This document shows positions 13,536-27,213 of a stretch of 64,000 nt of DNA, piece after piece. Under the pieces are notes generated by a model. The model worked only from the letters and a program-made list of their open reading frames with translations, made no database searches and was not told where the DNA came from. The position numbers and the translations under genes were made by a program. This stretch comes from Heteronotia binoei (Eukaryota). Each line of letters opens with the position of its first letter. Position 1 is the stretch's first letter. The DNA is taken from contig NW_026799997.1 of the NCBI RefSeq assembly GCF_032191835.1, positions 620,001 through 684,000 of the forward strand, written 5' to 3'.

Positions 13536-14055
13536 GGCAGGTAGGAACTTATGTCCATCAGCTACTCATGACCAACTTCAGCTGAGTAAATCTTCCATTG
13601 ACTAACAATTCAGTTGTAGCAAAGAGAAAGGGCAAACTCCTCTGTTCCCCATCCTCCTGATCTCTGTTGGTGTGTGATAAACAGTATAGGCTACATGACA
13701 GGGAGGGGAGATGGAGAATAATCATTGTTGAGATGAACAGAAGGTAGCAAAAATTAATTATACAAATGCAGTTGAGAAGTGGTTGCATGGAAAACTGCTA
13801 AGAAAAAAATTATTGGCATATGTGACACCTGACAGTGCCAAATCTCAGCTGGGCTTGCGTCAAGCTCTTCATAGGGCTGTCTGATAGTTAGCTAGATCCA
13901 ATGGCCTTGGCATACTCTGTGCTGTTTCAAGGGACACTCTGATGTATGTTCTTCTTCCAGTTACCTGCTGATGTGCCCAGTTAAGTATGTAGTTAGAAAT
14001 ATCTGAAGTGTATGAGCTGTGAGTCTGGTCTCTTCATTGCAGCTGGTTGACTTAT

Positions 14056-15059
14056 TAAGAACATAAGAACATAAGAGAAGCCATGTTAGATCAGGTCAAT
14101 GGCCCATCCAGTCCAACATTCTGTGTCACACAGCGGCCAAATATATATATATTTCATATATATATTTCATGGAATGCCCACGAGTTCTTGTATTGTGAGA
14201 AAGGGAGAAAAGTATTTCTTTCTCTGCTTTCTCCATCCCATGCATTATCTTGTAAACCTCTATCATGTCACCCCGCAGTCGACGTTTCTCCAAGCTAAAG
14301 AGCCCTAAGCGTTTCAACCTTTCTTCATAGGGAAAGTGTTCCAGCCCTTTAATCATTCTAGTTGCCCTTTTCTGGACTTTCTCCAATGCTATAATATCCT
14401 TTTTGAGGTGCGGCGACCAGAACTGCACACAGTACTCCAAATGAGACCGCACCATCGATTTATACAGGGGCATTATGATACTGGCTGATTTGTTTTCAAT
14501 CCCCTTCCTAATAATTCCCAGCATGGCGTTGGCCTTTTTTATTGCAAAGGCACACTGTCTTGACATTTTCAGTGAATTATCTACCATGACCCCAAGATCT
14601 TTCTCATGGTCAGTCTCTGCCAGTTCACACCCCATCAACTTGTATTTGTAGCTGGGATTCTTGGCCCCAATGTGCATTACTTTGCACTTGGCCACATTGA
14701 ACCGCATCTGCCACATTGACGCCCACTCACCCAGCCTCAACAGATCCCTTTGGAGTTCCTCACAATCCTCTCTGGTTCTCACCACCCTGAACGATTTTGT
14801 GTCATCCGCAAACTTGGCCACTTCACTGCTCACTCTCTACTCTAAATCATTTATGAACAAGTTAAAGAGCATGGGACCCAGTACCGAGCCCTGCGGCACC
14901 CCACTGCTTACCGTCCTCCACTGCGAAGACTGCCCATTTATACTCACTCTCTGCTTCCTATTACTCAGCCAGTTTTTGATCCACAAGAGGACCTGTCCTT
15001 TTACTCCATGACTCTCAAGCTTTCTAAGGAGCCTTTGATGAGGAACTTTATCAAAAGCT
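14056..15059 (-). mobile_element. CR1 LINE, 5'-truncated (RT C-terminal half and 3' UTR)
   Basis: ORF 14126-14833 with KFADDTK and LEYCVQFWSP..KRRLRGDMIEVYKI. Tail is (TTCTTATG)n read as taagaacataagaac. Confidence 0.95.
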
Positions 15060-16584
15060 TGTTAGTTAACAAGTGAGCTTTGCGTGATTCCCAACTTCCA
15101 TCCTTTGCTGAGATTCAAATTGATTCCTCACTTTCCCCACATGTTTTCTCCCAATGAACTATTGGAGAGATGATGACAGGAATGCCATCTGTGAAGATGA
15201 AGTTGTATTTCTGCATCTTGCTGCCTTATTTTTCTAAGACATCACTCCCCTTGCAAAAACCTGCTCCCACACGGAGACCCCATCCCTTGTGTAGGAAAGG
15301 GGCTTGGTCTTTTTCATGGTGTGTTATGACTGGTGTGACCATGCTTCCTTTTCTTTCCTGTGCGTTTACATGACCAAAGGGTATGTTTTGGCAGGAGGAA
15401 AGTTGAACCTCTGTCTGCAGAGATCCCAGGAGTGTGGTTTGCCTCACACCTTCCTATAGAAGAAAGTGCTGTGTTCCTAATTGTTCTTTCCCTTATTCAG
15501 TTCTATATTGGATGCAGGCAGGGTAACATCAGGGAAACATTCCAGCAGCATCATTCATTGTTTGTCTGCTTCCATCTATGTCTTGACGTGGGGACAACAG
15601 CAGCATATTGATCATTGATGGTTATCACTGATGGTTATCACTGTTGTTTCTGTGAACACCAGTACCATTGCTGTCCTCTCAGACTCTTGGATTTTCTCTT
15701 TTGGAATTTGTTTCTCTGGTAAGAGAGTGCCATGCCAGCTTCTGGGGCTTAGGGCTGAGCTGTCAAATTGACATGTCGTTTAAATGTCCCATTTTAAAGT
15801 TCTGCAGTAATAATAATTTTCCCTTGCTTGTCCTACTAGCCTTTGGTGCACCATGAAATTTGATTTGTACTATGCCATCTAATTAAAGACCAAATAAGAA
15901 ATAATACAGGTGATCTCTTGGTTGGATCTTCCCAGGATTTTTAAAAGGTAAATTGCAGCATTCAGATTCGGATTGAGGCCACAGCATGGAGGGGAGAGAG
16001 ACTTTATCCCTTCCCCAATGCCTTCTCAACATTCATAACCAACACACGCATCTCACATTGCTACTAGCCCTGGGCAGGGTAAAAAGGCAGACTAAGAGAA
16101 GATGCCTGATTGTCTTGTTCCCTCTTAGGGCCAATAACATTTGGTAAGATGGGGGTATAAGAAGCAAACAGAAAGGCTTAGGGTTGCCAGCCTCCAGGTG
16201 AAGCAAAGAGTATACCAAATGATATAGTAATCTTTTGGTATATTTTTGCACACTTTTACATAGTGTTCTCCCCTGTTAATTTTAGCCTCCAGGTGGTGGC
16301 TGGAGATCTCCTCAAATTACAACTGATTTCCAGGCTACAAAGATCACTTCACCTAGGAAAAAATGGACACTTTGGAAGGTGGAAACTACGGAGTTATACC
16401 CTACTGAAATCCCTCCTCTCCTCATACCCCACCCTTCTCAGGCTCCACCCCCAAAAATTCCAGGTATTTTTCAACCCAGAGCTGGCAACCCTATCTGCAC
16501 TTCAAAACATGGCACCAAACTGAACTTGGATATGCATGTCATCGCTACAATTCACCTTTACCCAAAGATCCATTTACAGATTGT

Positions 16585-16755
16585 CAGGGCTTTTTTTCTG
16601 GGGGAACATGGTGGAACGGAGTTCCAGAATCTCTCTGTGGAATTTCTAAAAAAAAAAAAAAAAAAAAGCTTAAAAATACATAAAGTACCTGTGTGCTTCT
16701 CCTTCATTTCCCTCTTGAGAGTTCTGACACCTCTTTTTCCAGAAAAAAAGCCCTG
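16585..16755. mobile_element. hAT MITE with CAGGGCTTTTT TIRs
   Basis: Ends cagggcttttttt../..aaaaaaagccctg. TSD cagattgt/caaattgt. Confidence 0.8.
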
Positions 16756-17060
16756 CAAATTGTCTATCCAATAGATCTGATTTAGGATTGTCGCCCTTGA
16801 GGTGGTGGCTGGAGATCTCCTGCTTTTACAACTGATCTCCAGGTGTCAAAGATCAGTTCATCTTGAGAAAAAGGCTACTGTGGAAGGTGGAGTCTATGGC
16901 ATTACATCCCACTGTAGTCCCCTCTCCTCAAACCTTGCCTTCCTCAGGCTTTACCCCCAAAATCTCTAGGTATTTCCCAACTCAGAGCTGGCAATCCTAT
17001 CTCCACTCCAAACCATGGCACCAATCTGAATTGGGACATGCATATTATGGCTACAGTCAG

Positions 17061-17278
17061 AGAAGGGACAGTGGCTCAGTGATAGAGCATCTGCTTGGTA
17101 AGCAGAAGGTCCCAGGTTCAATCCCCGGCATCTCCAACTAAAAAGGGTCCAGGCAAATAGGTGTGAAAAACCTCAGCTTGAGACCCTGGAGAGCCACTGC
17201 CAGTCTGAGTAGACACTACTGACTTTGATGGACCAAGGCAGTTTAAGGCAGTATAAGGCAGCTTCATATGTTCATATA
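17061..17278 (+). mobile_element. tRNA-derived SINE with CR1-like tail (Squam3-like)
   Basis: A-box tggctcagtgatag and B-box ggttcaatccc. 3' end gatggacc..aggcagcttcatatgttcata. Confidence 0.85.
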
Positions 17279-20200
17279 GCTGATCTTTACAAAAATGAGG
17301 AAGAACCTGAATCTGAAGCTCTAGTACTCTGTTTTAAGCGGTTGCAGACTCTGTCCTTCCTGTTTTTCGATCATACCCTGGAATATATTTTGCACTTCCT
17401 CATGCTTGTTTTTTATACTGAGCAGGCAATCTAAAAAGTGTTCCGTCGATTTGAAAGTTTGCTGTATACTTTTTGATATTTTAGTTCATCCTTTCAAAAG
17501 GATCAACCATTTTACTTTGATTTTTTCTATATGGGCCAATATGACTCCTTGCAATATCCAGACATTCTTAAGAAATCACTAGCTATGAAGCCCAGGCCTT
17601 GCTGCTGGACAAGGATTTTGCTGTCAAGATTTCATTGATTTTTCAATAAATTTACAATTTAATCCAGTGCTTCTCCAGCTCTGTGGGTTTCCTATTCCAC
17701 AGTATCCAAATTCTTCTCTCCACTTTCCTCTACAACAGAATTCTGCCTGTATTCTGACTGTGTGACCTTCATACTACTCCTCTCACAGGATAGTGTATAT
17801 GTGTTTTCCTACATCTCCATGTAGAAATAAAATGCCTCGTCTCATTTCTCATTTGATAAAATATTGTATTAAAATGGGCATACAAATATTATAAAGATGT
17901 TGGCAGGTACATTGAATTCAGAATTAATCATAATTGTTGTCTATGTAACAAAAAAAAAAGACTGAGTCACTCATATGTACACACATTCATTGTGCATAAA
18001 ATAAAGAAAAAAGTCATCCCTAATCATAAAGAAAATAAATGCCCACAGCTTCATGCATGCTAAACTGACCTTTGGAATCTGCTTTCAGTGCAGTGACCAA
18101 GTCCTAAAAAAAATGAACAGGTGTGCCTTTGAGCATGGGCTGCTCCGAGTTCCTTTGAGCATTGCCAACTCCAGGTTGAAAAATCCCTGGAAATTTGGGA
18201 TTGGAGCCTGGGGAAGGTGGGGTTTCAAGATGAGAAATAGTTCATAAGGGAATAATGCCATAGAATCCACCCCTCCCCAAAGCAATCATTTCCCTCAAGA
18301 GAAATTATCTTAGTGTTCTGAAGATCACTTGCAATTCTAGGAGATCTCAAGGCCCCACCTGGACAGACAGAGTATATGTCCCTTCTAGGATTGCCAGCCT
18401 CCAGGTGGAGCCTTGAGATCTCCTACTTCTACAACTAATCTCCATCTGGCAGAAATCAGCTCCCCTGGAGAAAATGGCTGATTTGAAAGGTGGGCTCTAT
18501 GGTATTGTACTCTGTTGAGGCCTCTCCCATCCCTAAAACCCTGCCTTATCCCTGATCCATCCCCAAAGTCTCCATGGATTTTCCAAGACAGTTCTGGCAA
18601 CTCTAGTTCCGTCCTACTAATCAATATGCATCCTGCATGTACATGCATACAATGGGTTGTAAAAAGAGTCAGCACATGTTCCCTTCATGAATGAAACCCC
18701 TGGATAAACACGGAGTTGGAATCACACATTTGGCTGCACAAATGTGACATAAGAGTTACTCAATGTGCATAGAAAGTAAAATCAAGATAATACTGCACAC
18801 AGTTTGTACATATGCTCTCTGTAATATGTGAACAGGGCTACATACACACACATACACACACACATGCCCACTCCAGGCTTTCCTTCTCCAACTGCCTCTC
18901 AGACAGCCACACAAAACAAGTTGTTGCTTTTCTTTTGAAATTTCATTTTGCTTGGAAGCTCAAAGCATTTTCTTTTACCCCTTCACTGGCCTTTCAGGTT
19001 CCTCATAGATCTGGATTTATTTCTTGCATGAAATTTGCTTCCTCACTGGAGCCTCTGAGTGTTATTAAAGACGTTTGGCAGTCACTCTTCCACACTGTGG
19101 TTGTTTTGTCACTTTCTGATTCTGCTGATGCAGTGATATGTCTTCTGTCAGTGGCGGTTTGAAGGCACATTACCCTGCTTGACAGGAACAGCGAGCTACA
19201 AGGATTTCCTGAGGAGAAACTTCCCAGATGCAGTCTGCAAGATTTCTCATTTCTCAACTGCATTAATTACATTATCACCCTGAAACAACATTCTAAATGA
19301 AATCACTCACTACAATTCTTCTTGACTGCCTGGACTTCAGCAAAATATTTGTCACCTACAAATAATCCACAGGGAAAGTGAGGGGCTATACCCAAAGGGA
19401 TACACAGTTACTTGAACATCTGCCAGTCATTGCTGTGGTAAGATAGTTTTGCCTGGCAACTGTTGCCAGGTACAGTGGTGTTTAAAGGAAGCCAAAAAGG
19501 TTAGCTACAAAAGAACAACATTTTGTTTTGTCAGCCTCTTTCCTGTGTGTGTCTAAAAAGTCATATTATAGCCATGTATCTGACACACACACCAAATGAA
19601 GCATGCCTTGGATCCCACCTAATTTTAGCATCCAAGAAGGGGGGCAATTTTCACTGATGTCCCCCACAGGGGGAATTCCTCTCCCCCAATTTAGAAATCT
19701 AGGTAAGATCCAAGAATGTGAGTTATGTGAATTCTGGCATTCACCCAAACCCACATAATGGCTGCTTCCACAAGTGACCGATTATCTGTGTAGCTTCTGT
19801 TGCACTCACAAATACAAAGCATTTTCCTTGAGTTCTCCCCTGATGGCAACTGTTTCCTTTGATGGCTTTTTGAGCTTTCCCCCCCTGCCCCAATCAGAAA
19901 CTGGCATTGCTATAACATTATCCCAGTCTGTTGATATGATCTCACTTTTCAACCGAATTCCCAACTTTCATTATTTTTAAAAAGAATTACTCTTTATCAC
20001 TTCTCATTGCAAAAATGAAAGGGGAAATTTCTAAATGGCCTTCCTGCTTATGTCTCCACCAGGTTGATCACCTAGACAAATAGCACAACTGGATATGACT
20101 TATCCAAGCAGGGGCAGCCATTTCATTTGCCCAGCCAGCCCATCAGTGATGCCACAGCTCAACCAGGCACTCCACACAACTCACCTGAACAGAGCCTCCT

Positions 20201-20489
20201 TCCATCAAGGGGGTCATGATGTGAAGGAGTCATTTTGGTGTCCCAGTCTTCCCCAGCAGTATCAACAACTACAGGGCCCAAGTATCATTTCTTTCATCCT
20301 GATACAAATTTCTAACATGCTCCCACCCCAGACACTCATACAGTCTCATTCTGCATGTACAGTCTCAAGAATCACAAAAGGAAAATGGGTATTTTATTTC
20401 TGAAATTATATGGAGACCATAACATGACAGTGAGCTTGCTTACAGCATATACTAAGATCTTACTCAACTCCGGAAAAATGAACTCATCC

Positions 20490-20605
20490 ATCTGCTCACC
20501 GTACCCCATTCCATTGTCTGAAGAAGTATGCATGCATACAAAAGCTTACATTCTGAATAAAACTTCGTTGGTCTTAAAGGTGCTACTGGACTCCTACTTT
20601 GTTCT
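20490..20605 (+). mobile_element. Penelope-type terminal repeat fragment with decayed hammerhead motif
   Basis: ctgaaga agtatgcatgcatac aaaagctt..aataaaacttcgttggtcttaaaggtgctactggactc. Confidence 0.65.
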
Positions 20606-21107
20606 CATTCATCCACTAGCACCCAAACCCTGTCTGTGTGCAACACCAGCTTTGGAACAGGGCATGGGAGACTGAAATACAAAAGAGGCTGGGACTGGAG
20701 GGACAATGTGAAGGAGTCATTTTGGTGTCCCATTCTTCCCCTATTAGGCTGCTTTCTGCCTTTTCCTAAATTCAATTAGAGCCAAGTCCAATTGACCATC
20801 TTTTAATTGTTTTGGTTTCATGGAAAACTCCATATAGCAGATTACCATATTTTCTTTCATCAAGCAACAGTAAACTGCAACATACTAAAGATGAATAAAG
20901 AGCAATTCAATAGCTGACAAATTTTATGACATGATTCCTCTTCCCAAATCTCTGAAAATGCTAGTTTTTCCTATCTGTAGCATAGTTTATAAGAGAAGCA
21001 TGCCCTGAGTTGAGAGAGAAAATAAAGATTTCTTTTCTACTACCACTGATAAATTAATACTAGGTTTAAATGCCACTGAAGATCAATTTCTCACATTCTT
21101 CTTTCAG

Positions 21108-21163
21108 ATGCTGGAGATTATAAATGTGTTTGGTGTATACTTGCTTCGTTTGAAACTGTCAAG
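21108..21163 (+). other. Candidate exon (56 nt)
   Basis: Strong acceptor ttctcacattcttctttcag and AAG/gtacat donor. Open as MLEIINVFGVYLLRLKLS or (D)AGDYKCVWCILASFETVK. Confidence 0.3.
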
Positions 21164-21671
21164 GTACATAATCATTTTCAAAGAAGTGTTTGACCAATAA
21201 AACCAGCCTCAGAGGATGTGAAACAAAAATAGATTTTCTTACAGATAATTATTTTGAATGTCAATAATACGCTGCTGACACAAGTCGTATTTACCTAAGA
21301 AGTTCCTACAAAAGGCCTCCTTGGAAGGCTGCCCACCCCTCCTCCTCCCTTTGATGCATGCCACCACTGCAGGTGGAGTCCATGGCTCCTTCTCTTCCTA
21401 CCTTCCTTCTCTGGCACAGTAGCTTTTGCATGTCCCTGTCCACTGTTCATTTACCCACCTAAGTAAGCAGTGAAGTCACTGAGGAGGAACAGCTGACTAC
21501 CAAAAGGAGAGTGCAGAGAAATGAATGGTAATTAGGGTTTCCAGGGGTGGAGCCAGGAGCAAGGTTATGACAAGCATTATTGAACTCCAAAGGGAGTTCC
21601 AGCCAGGGTGGGGACACCTTCTTTTGGGGCTCATAGAACTGAACTCCCTGGTCCAAACTTTTTGAAACTTG

Positions 21672-22904
21672 GGCCGGGCCATGTGTGTCATAAAATGTAA
21701 TGCCAGGTAGCGGACATATAAACTGTATAAATGGGGCACAGACAAACACAATTTTTTTTTTACTTAAAACATTAGCACTCTTGCAATATTTTTATAGTCT
21801 GATAAATGTCATCTCTTGCTATAAATTATTGCATCAAAAACTGCAGACAATGTCTGTGCTGTACCAATCTTGAATATGCTGTTCAAGTGTTGTTCAGGTG
21901 TGCACATCTGTAAGTTGCAAACCTACTTTTGATTTATAGACATTCATTACAAAGATCTCATAGTCAATGCTTTGAACCTCAGACCCAGAAGAAAACATGT
22001 GGGTTTTTGTACATAAATTGCTTCATGTGCTGGTCAAGATTATGTGAAGGCACCATGGCACAGACTGAGGGCTATGTGCTTGTCTACAAAACTATAGTCT
22101 TCCCCAGAAAAATAACTATAACTCCTATGTGACAGTGCAAGAACAGAGAGACAGCCATGTACAGTGGTCAGTATCAGCCTACTATCTGGGAAGTCTAAGT
22201 TCAAGATCACCAATCAAAGGAAAATCTGAAAGAAAAATCAAGGGAAATTTGTTAAGTAAACCTGGGCTGGACACACCCAGCCTAACCCTGGCTTGTTGTT
22301 ATTGCTCTTTTAAACAGTTCACATGCTTTCCTATTGAGAAAGACTGGAGGGCATGAATATAGGAAAAAGAGGAGGGGAAACCAGTTGTACCCATAACAAA
22401 CCCAACCAAACTCTCTCTCTCTGTAGCAAGGCAAAAAGCTTATACCTTCAATGAAACGTTTCTAGTCTTAAAAAGTGCTTTCTTTGTATTTCTCCCGATG
22501 GTGGGGACTGGGCAAAGGAAGCTCTGCCTCTTTCCTTCCTTCCCCCAGGGCACAAGGAGAGGGAAGAGCCTCAGCCAGGAAGGAAGAGAGGCTGGACTCA
22601 GTATCTCTGCAAGGTGATTAATTGAGTCTGGCAAACTTAATCACCCAGCAGAGCTATAGAGCCAGGCTCTTTCATTGGCTAAGGCTCCTCCTCTCTCCTC
22701 CCTTTGGGAAAAGGGAGGCGGAGAGAGAAGGAGCCAAGAAAGGCTGCTTTGCTGGCCAACTGATTGCTGGGGAGAAACACAAAATGGTGACTGAACACAG
22801 CAGGCAAGGTAAAATGAAGCAGACAATAGCCAGTTGCTGGAGGGCCTGATTGGAGCCCTCTGTGGGCCACATCCGGCCCGTGGGCTGCATGTTTGACACC
22901 CCTG
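21672..22904. mobile_element. hAT (Charlie-like) non-autonomous element, one TIR visible
   Basis: Right end ggcccgtgggctgcatgtttgacacccctg is the reverse complement of a CAGGGGTGTCAAAC TIR. Left boundary uncertain. Confidence 0.5.
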
Positions 22905-24780
22905 CTTTAATGGTTGATGAGGACACTTCATTCAGAGGATACTGTGCAGGCAGGAGTTAGCAAGGCAGTGTGTCTGTGTTTCTCACTGATTGAGAACAAC
23001 AGGGTTTCATTTTTAAAATACAAATAGATCAAGTCTGTGAGAGTTGTTTCTATTGCGCAGTTTAGCATACAAAAATGCTTTACTATTCTTATTGATCTCA
23101 ACAACCCCCTGAATGATATAATGGAGGCCATACATGGTGAAATTCTATAAGAGCTTTCTATGTCCAAAGCCAACACTGAACTAACTGTAGAACCATCTGC
23201 ACAGTGGTAGCTGTTTAGATAATCCTGTAGATCCATTATAAAGCTCATCTGCACATGCCATTATTGCCCCCATGTATGTTACATTTATAACAAAGTGTCT
23301 CATCATCACAGTTTACAACTTTACCCTTTCAAATAGCTCTTGTAGTTACAGCAGTCGGCTGCATGTAAATATTGACTTTATGATGTTTCAAGGAGTGTAG
23401 TTAAGTGCCCTAGTCAAGGTCATTGGAGCCACCAAATATCACAGCCCAGTACAGAATTTTCATTGCATTTTCAAAGCTAGAGAGACTTGTGAAGCCTGAA
23501 GGAAAAAGCAAAGCCACTTATATATACAGATAAAAAAATTGCCTTACGGGCCCTGCAAATGAAGCTTCACTGAATCTGAATGCCAGGAGAAAGCTATCCC
23601 TTCTGATTTTTTTTTTTTTGCTTGTCCCCCAGTTGTTAAAAGCAAAGAATGCCTGTCAGAAAAAGAGTTGGCACCCTTATTTCAGAACTGTGGCCTTTAC
23701 CCAGAGTGAGAGAATATAAATAGGGCATTACTCAAAGCCTTCTATACTCCATCTTTGCCCAACTTATTTGTTCTTTTCTTCCCTTAAAACATTGTATATG
23801 ACTTGTAACACACTCCTATATCGAGCTATGTTAGTCTAAGACCACTGATTTTGATGAGTTCAGACTAGAGTGACTCTGTATAGGATTCCACTGTAAGCAT
23901 TATAATATCAAATTCCTGTCCGTGTTGACTGGCCTGCAGATGAATCCAATTCTTCTTGAAAGCTGTTTTGCTATGATCTTCTGACAGACCTGTCGATTTT
24001 CTTATTTTTAATTTCCTCCCCTTCAGGTTGCCAGTATCGAGCTATCTTCCTTTCCCTTTGTTTCTGTCTTTTGATGCAATGACTGGCTCCTTGATTTCCT
24101 TTACTGTTTCTAAACCCTCTTATTTTGCAGCATTACTAAACAAAGGACAGCAGCAAGGACACAGAAACAGTCATGCAACGCTTTTTATTTCATTGCTCTT
24201 TCCATTCTCTCAACAAATAACCGAAAACCCAGTTAATCACTGCACTACTTTTGGCTCCCAGGGCACTCATGGAGCTCCCCATATGGTCTCTTCAAAATGG
24301 AGGTTCTTGCCTCTAAGAGATATAAATTATGCAAAGAAATGTGTTCATACAGTGAGACAGCATAATAACCATGGGAAAAAATACCTGCTCAACAAAAATA
24401 TAAACCTAACTGAAGATCATATTACACTCTCAGGGCAGTGGAGCAATGCACTAAATACAGATGTTTCTATTAACAACATTAACTTTCATACTATTTCAGA
24501 CTTTGGCCTTGATATTTCAATTCTGACACTTCATGCAAGACATCCAATGGTACCATAAACAATTATTTCTGTTTTTCTTCTCCTTTCACAACCCCCCCCC
24601 CTTCCCATCTTGGGTTTTAGTACCATAGGACCAAACTACACATGGTGCTCAGTTGTGCATAGTTTGCCATTGATGTGTTGATAGTTACAACATATAGCTG
24701 TGGAGAGACTGCAAACTAAAGTGCAACGCCAGCAGTGGAGATGTAACCTTTAACCTGGGGCCATTTTCCTGGTATGCAGA

Positions 24781-24965
24781 CATGAGCACATGAAGCTGCC
24801 TTCGGTCCATCAAGGTCAGTATTTTCTATTAGACTGGCAGTGGCTCTCTCAGGTAGAGGTCTTTCACATTATCTCCTACCTGGTCCTTTTTAACTAGAGA
24901 TGCCAGGGACTGAACCTGGGACATTCAGCATGCCAAGCTGATGCTCTACCACTGAGTCACAGCGC
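24781..24965 (-). mobile_element. Squam3-like SINE, antisense
   Basis: Reverse complement of the 17061-17278 family. Confidence 0.8.
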
Positions 24966-25017
24966 CCCCCCCCTAGTATTTCCATGCATACCCCAAGCTG
25001 CTTTTTATACTGTAAGG

Positions 25018-25130
25018 CGGGGTGGCCAATGGTAGCTCTCCAGATGTTTTTTTGCCTACAACTCCCATCAGCCCCAGCCATTGGAGTTGTAGGCAAAAAA
25101 CTTCTGGAGAGCTACTGTTGGCCACCACTG
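25018..25130. mobile_element. Small palindromic hAT (Charlie-like) MITE
   Basis: ~50-bp inverted arms. TSD ctgtaagg/ttgtaagg. Confidence 0.8.
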
Positions 25131-25157
25131 TTGTAAGGGAAATAAAATAGAGAAAAG

Positions 25158-25523
25158 TAAGGTTGCCAGACCCCACCCATTGGAGGCAGGGGTTCTCCAC
25201 CCCACCCCACTGCCGCTGATCAGTTTCCAGGCAGGAGGACTTACCAGGAGACTTTGTTGCCAGCAATGTGGTGACATCAGTTCCAGCGTACACCAGAATT
25301 GAAGTCATCAAGTAGGTGATATCCAGGCAACACGGATATTTAGGCAAAAACTCTATGGCAGAAGCCATTTTTACCATTGATGTTTTGCTCAAATACCACT
25401 GTGTCACCCCAACATCATGACATGATGACATCACTTCCAGTACATGTCACATCACGTGATATCACCTGGGTCTTCCTCCCACTCCTGGTAAATCCCCCTA
25501 TCCCCCACAACATGGCAACCCTA
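25158..25523. mobile_element. hAT-type MITE (AGGGTTGCC ends, gtgacatca-rich interior)
   Basis: Ends taaggttgcc../..ggcaacccta. Flanks gagaaaag/gaggaaaa resemble a decayed TSD. Confidence 0.65.
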
Positions 25524-27213
25524 GAGGAAAAGGTTAAGAACCACACTTCACCAAAACACACACTGTGGACCTTTTAACTATCTAATTAGTCGTGCTCTGT
25601 AGCTGCCTTGTGGATCCGGGAAGAGTCATGGGGGCAGGAAGGATGTAGCCCTATTTTGTCAGATAGGACTACAAGGTGCTTGACTGTAACCCCTGGAAGA
25701 CTTTTGAGGTGGGCATGAAGAAAAAAAGACATGTTCATGTCAATGTCATTCACACCTGAAAGTGGTATTGCTCTCACTCTAGGATTAAACCATCAAGATC
25801 AGTGAACCCTACAGTGTCAGTGATGTCACTTTCTGGTTTTGAGTGGGAGGGACATTGACATGTCTTCTTCAAACAGTGGTCATGGCTGGCCTGGCAGGGG
25901 GTGACCAGCCATAGGGATGATCTGCCAAGCCTATCCTCAGGTCTCATCCACAATTTAAATAGCCCTTCTGAAGCTGGGATTAGCACCACAAGAAGACAAC
26001 TGGCACAGGTGTTTGTTTGTTGTAGTTACTTTTTATATTTAAAAAAAAGAAGTAGATGTTACTGAGGAATAATCACAAATGAATAATTATAGTGAATACA
26101 GAATTGTGGGTCTGTTCCACTAATGGTGCCACTTTTGTCTGGTACAAGAAGTCTTCCCCTTCATGAGCCTCATGAGTCAGGGAAGGCTTCTAGTGTGGGC
26201 TTCTTGTACCACTATTACACTGGTTGAACAAATATGTATGATCCAGCCTCTAATTAAAGACTCACAACTTTTATTTCAGTATGAGCTTTCATAAGTTACA
26301 GCTCAGTTCTCCATATATGTGAAAAGGAGAGAGCTAACAGGAAAAAGGCAATACCTTATCTGTAGCAAATTAAGTGGGGGAACATTTGCCACAAATTGTT
26401 CCAATGCCCATTGGTGCTGGAAGAAATAATACTCTCCCAGCTGAAGAGAAGAGACAAGTATGCAGATGTGTGGTAAAAAGGAAATCTCAGCATTTTGGAG
26501 GTGCTGGAAGGAGACAGAGAGGCTTTTAAGTAACCTTTATTTGAGAAAGGAGTTTGGAGAGACAGAAAGAGGAGCAGATAGTCACTTGCTGGAATGAGCT
26601 GAAGCAAAGTGGCAGGATAAATCTCCAGGGATCTGAGGTGGGGCAGCAGTTTCGCTGTGTGATAGGAATACGTCTAACTGTGCCCTGTATGTAAACAAAT
26701 ACTCCAAAAATGCCAGAAGCTTCCAGTGCTCTCTCTGCCAAGGCAACTAACTAAGAGCTGGCCCCTGAAATTTCTCTTCACTCAGAGAAATGGGGCAAAT
26801 TTGACAGTATTTGTCTGCAAATCCACATGCCACCTTTTAAAATGGAAAGAAAGAGCAAGTCTATCTCTTTGTTACCTCTGGAACTTGACCAGAATTTGCT
26901 TGTGGTATGGCATAACCACTTACCTCATTCAATTGATTTATATGGGACTTGGGAGAATGGATAGGAAGCATTAAGAATATATAGCCTTTCTGCATTCCAG
27001 CAACCCACTCAGCCCATCCATAAAGTTACCATGTGACCAGGTGGAGGGGAAGCCTATCTCTGCTCCTGTATCTCTTGTAGAGGAGGGGAAATGAATCAGG
27101 TAGTAGGTAATGTAGAAGACCTCTACTGATACCCTACAGAGCAGCTGCCAGTCAGAGGAGAGAGACCAAAAGTCTAACTTGGTCTAAAGCAGCTTAATGT
27201 GGAAGACCTCTAC

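Larger units (their letters stand above)
16180..18605. mobile_element. Cluster of short AGGGTTGCC-family MITEs (~16180, 16290-16495, 16790-17000, 18165-18370, 18386-18605) with other insertions
   Basis: Repeated ggcaacccta/agggttgcc ends and gagatctcc, ccagagctggcaacc motifs in both orientations. Confidence 0.7.

Noticed and set aside
17061-17135. tRNA-like sequence with A and B boxes (also 10537, 24890-24965, 27340-27414)
   Set aside because: Continues into a shared non-tRNA body and LINE-like tail; these are SINE heads, not tRNA genes.
17420-17780. Possible very old LINE RT remnant on the minus strand
   Set aside because: Only vague motif resemblance with many stops; cannot be supported without an alignment.
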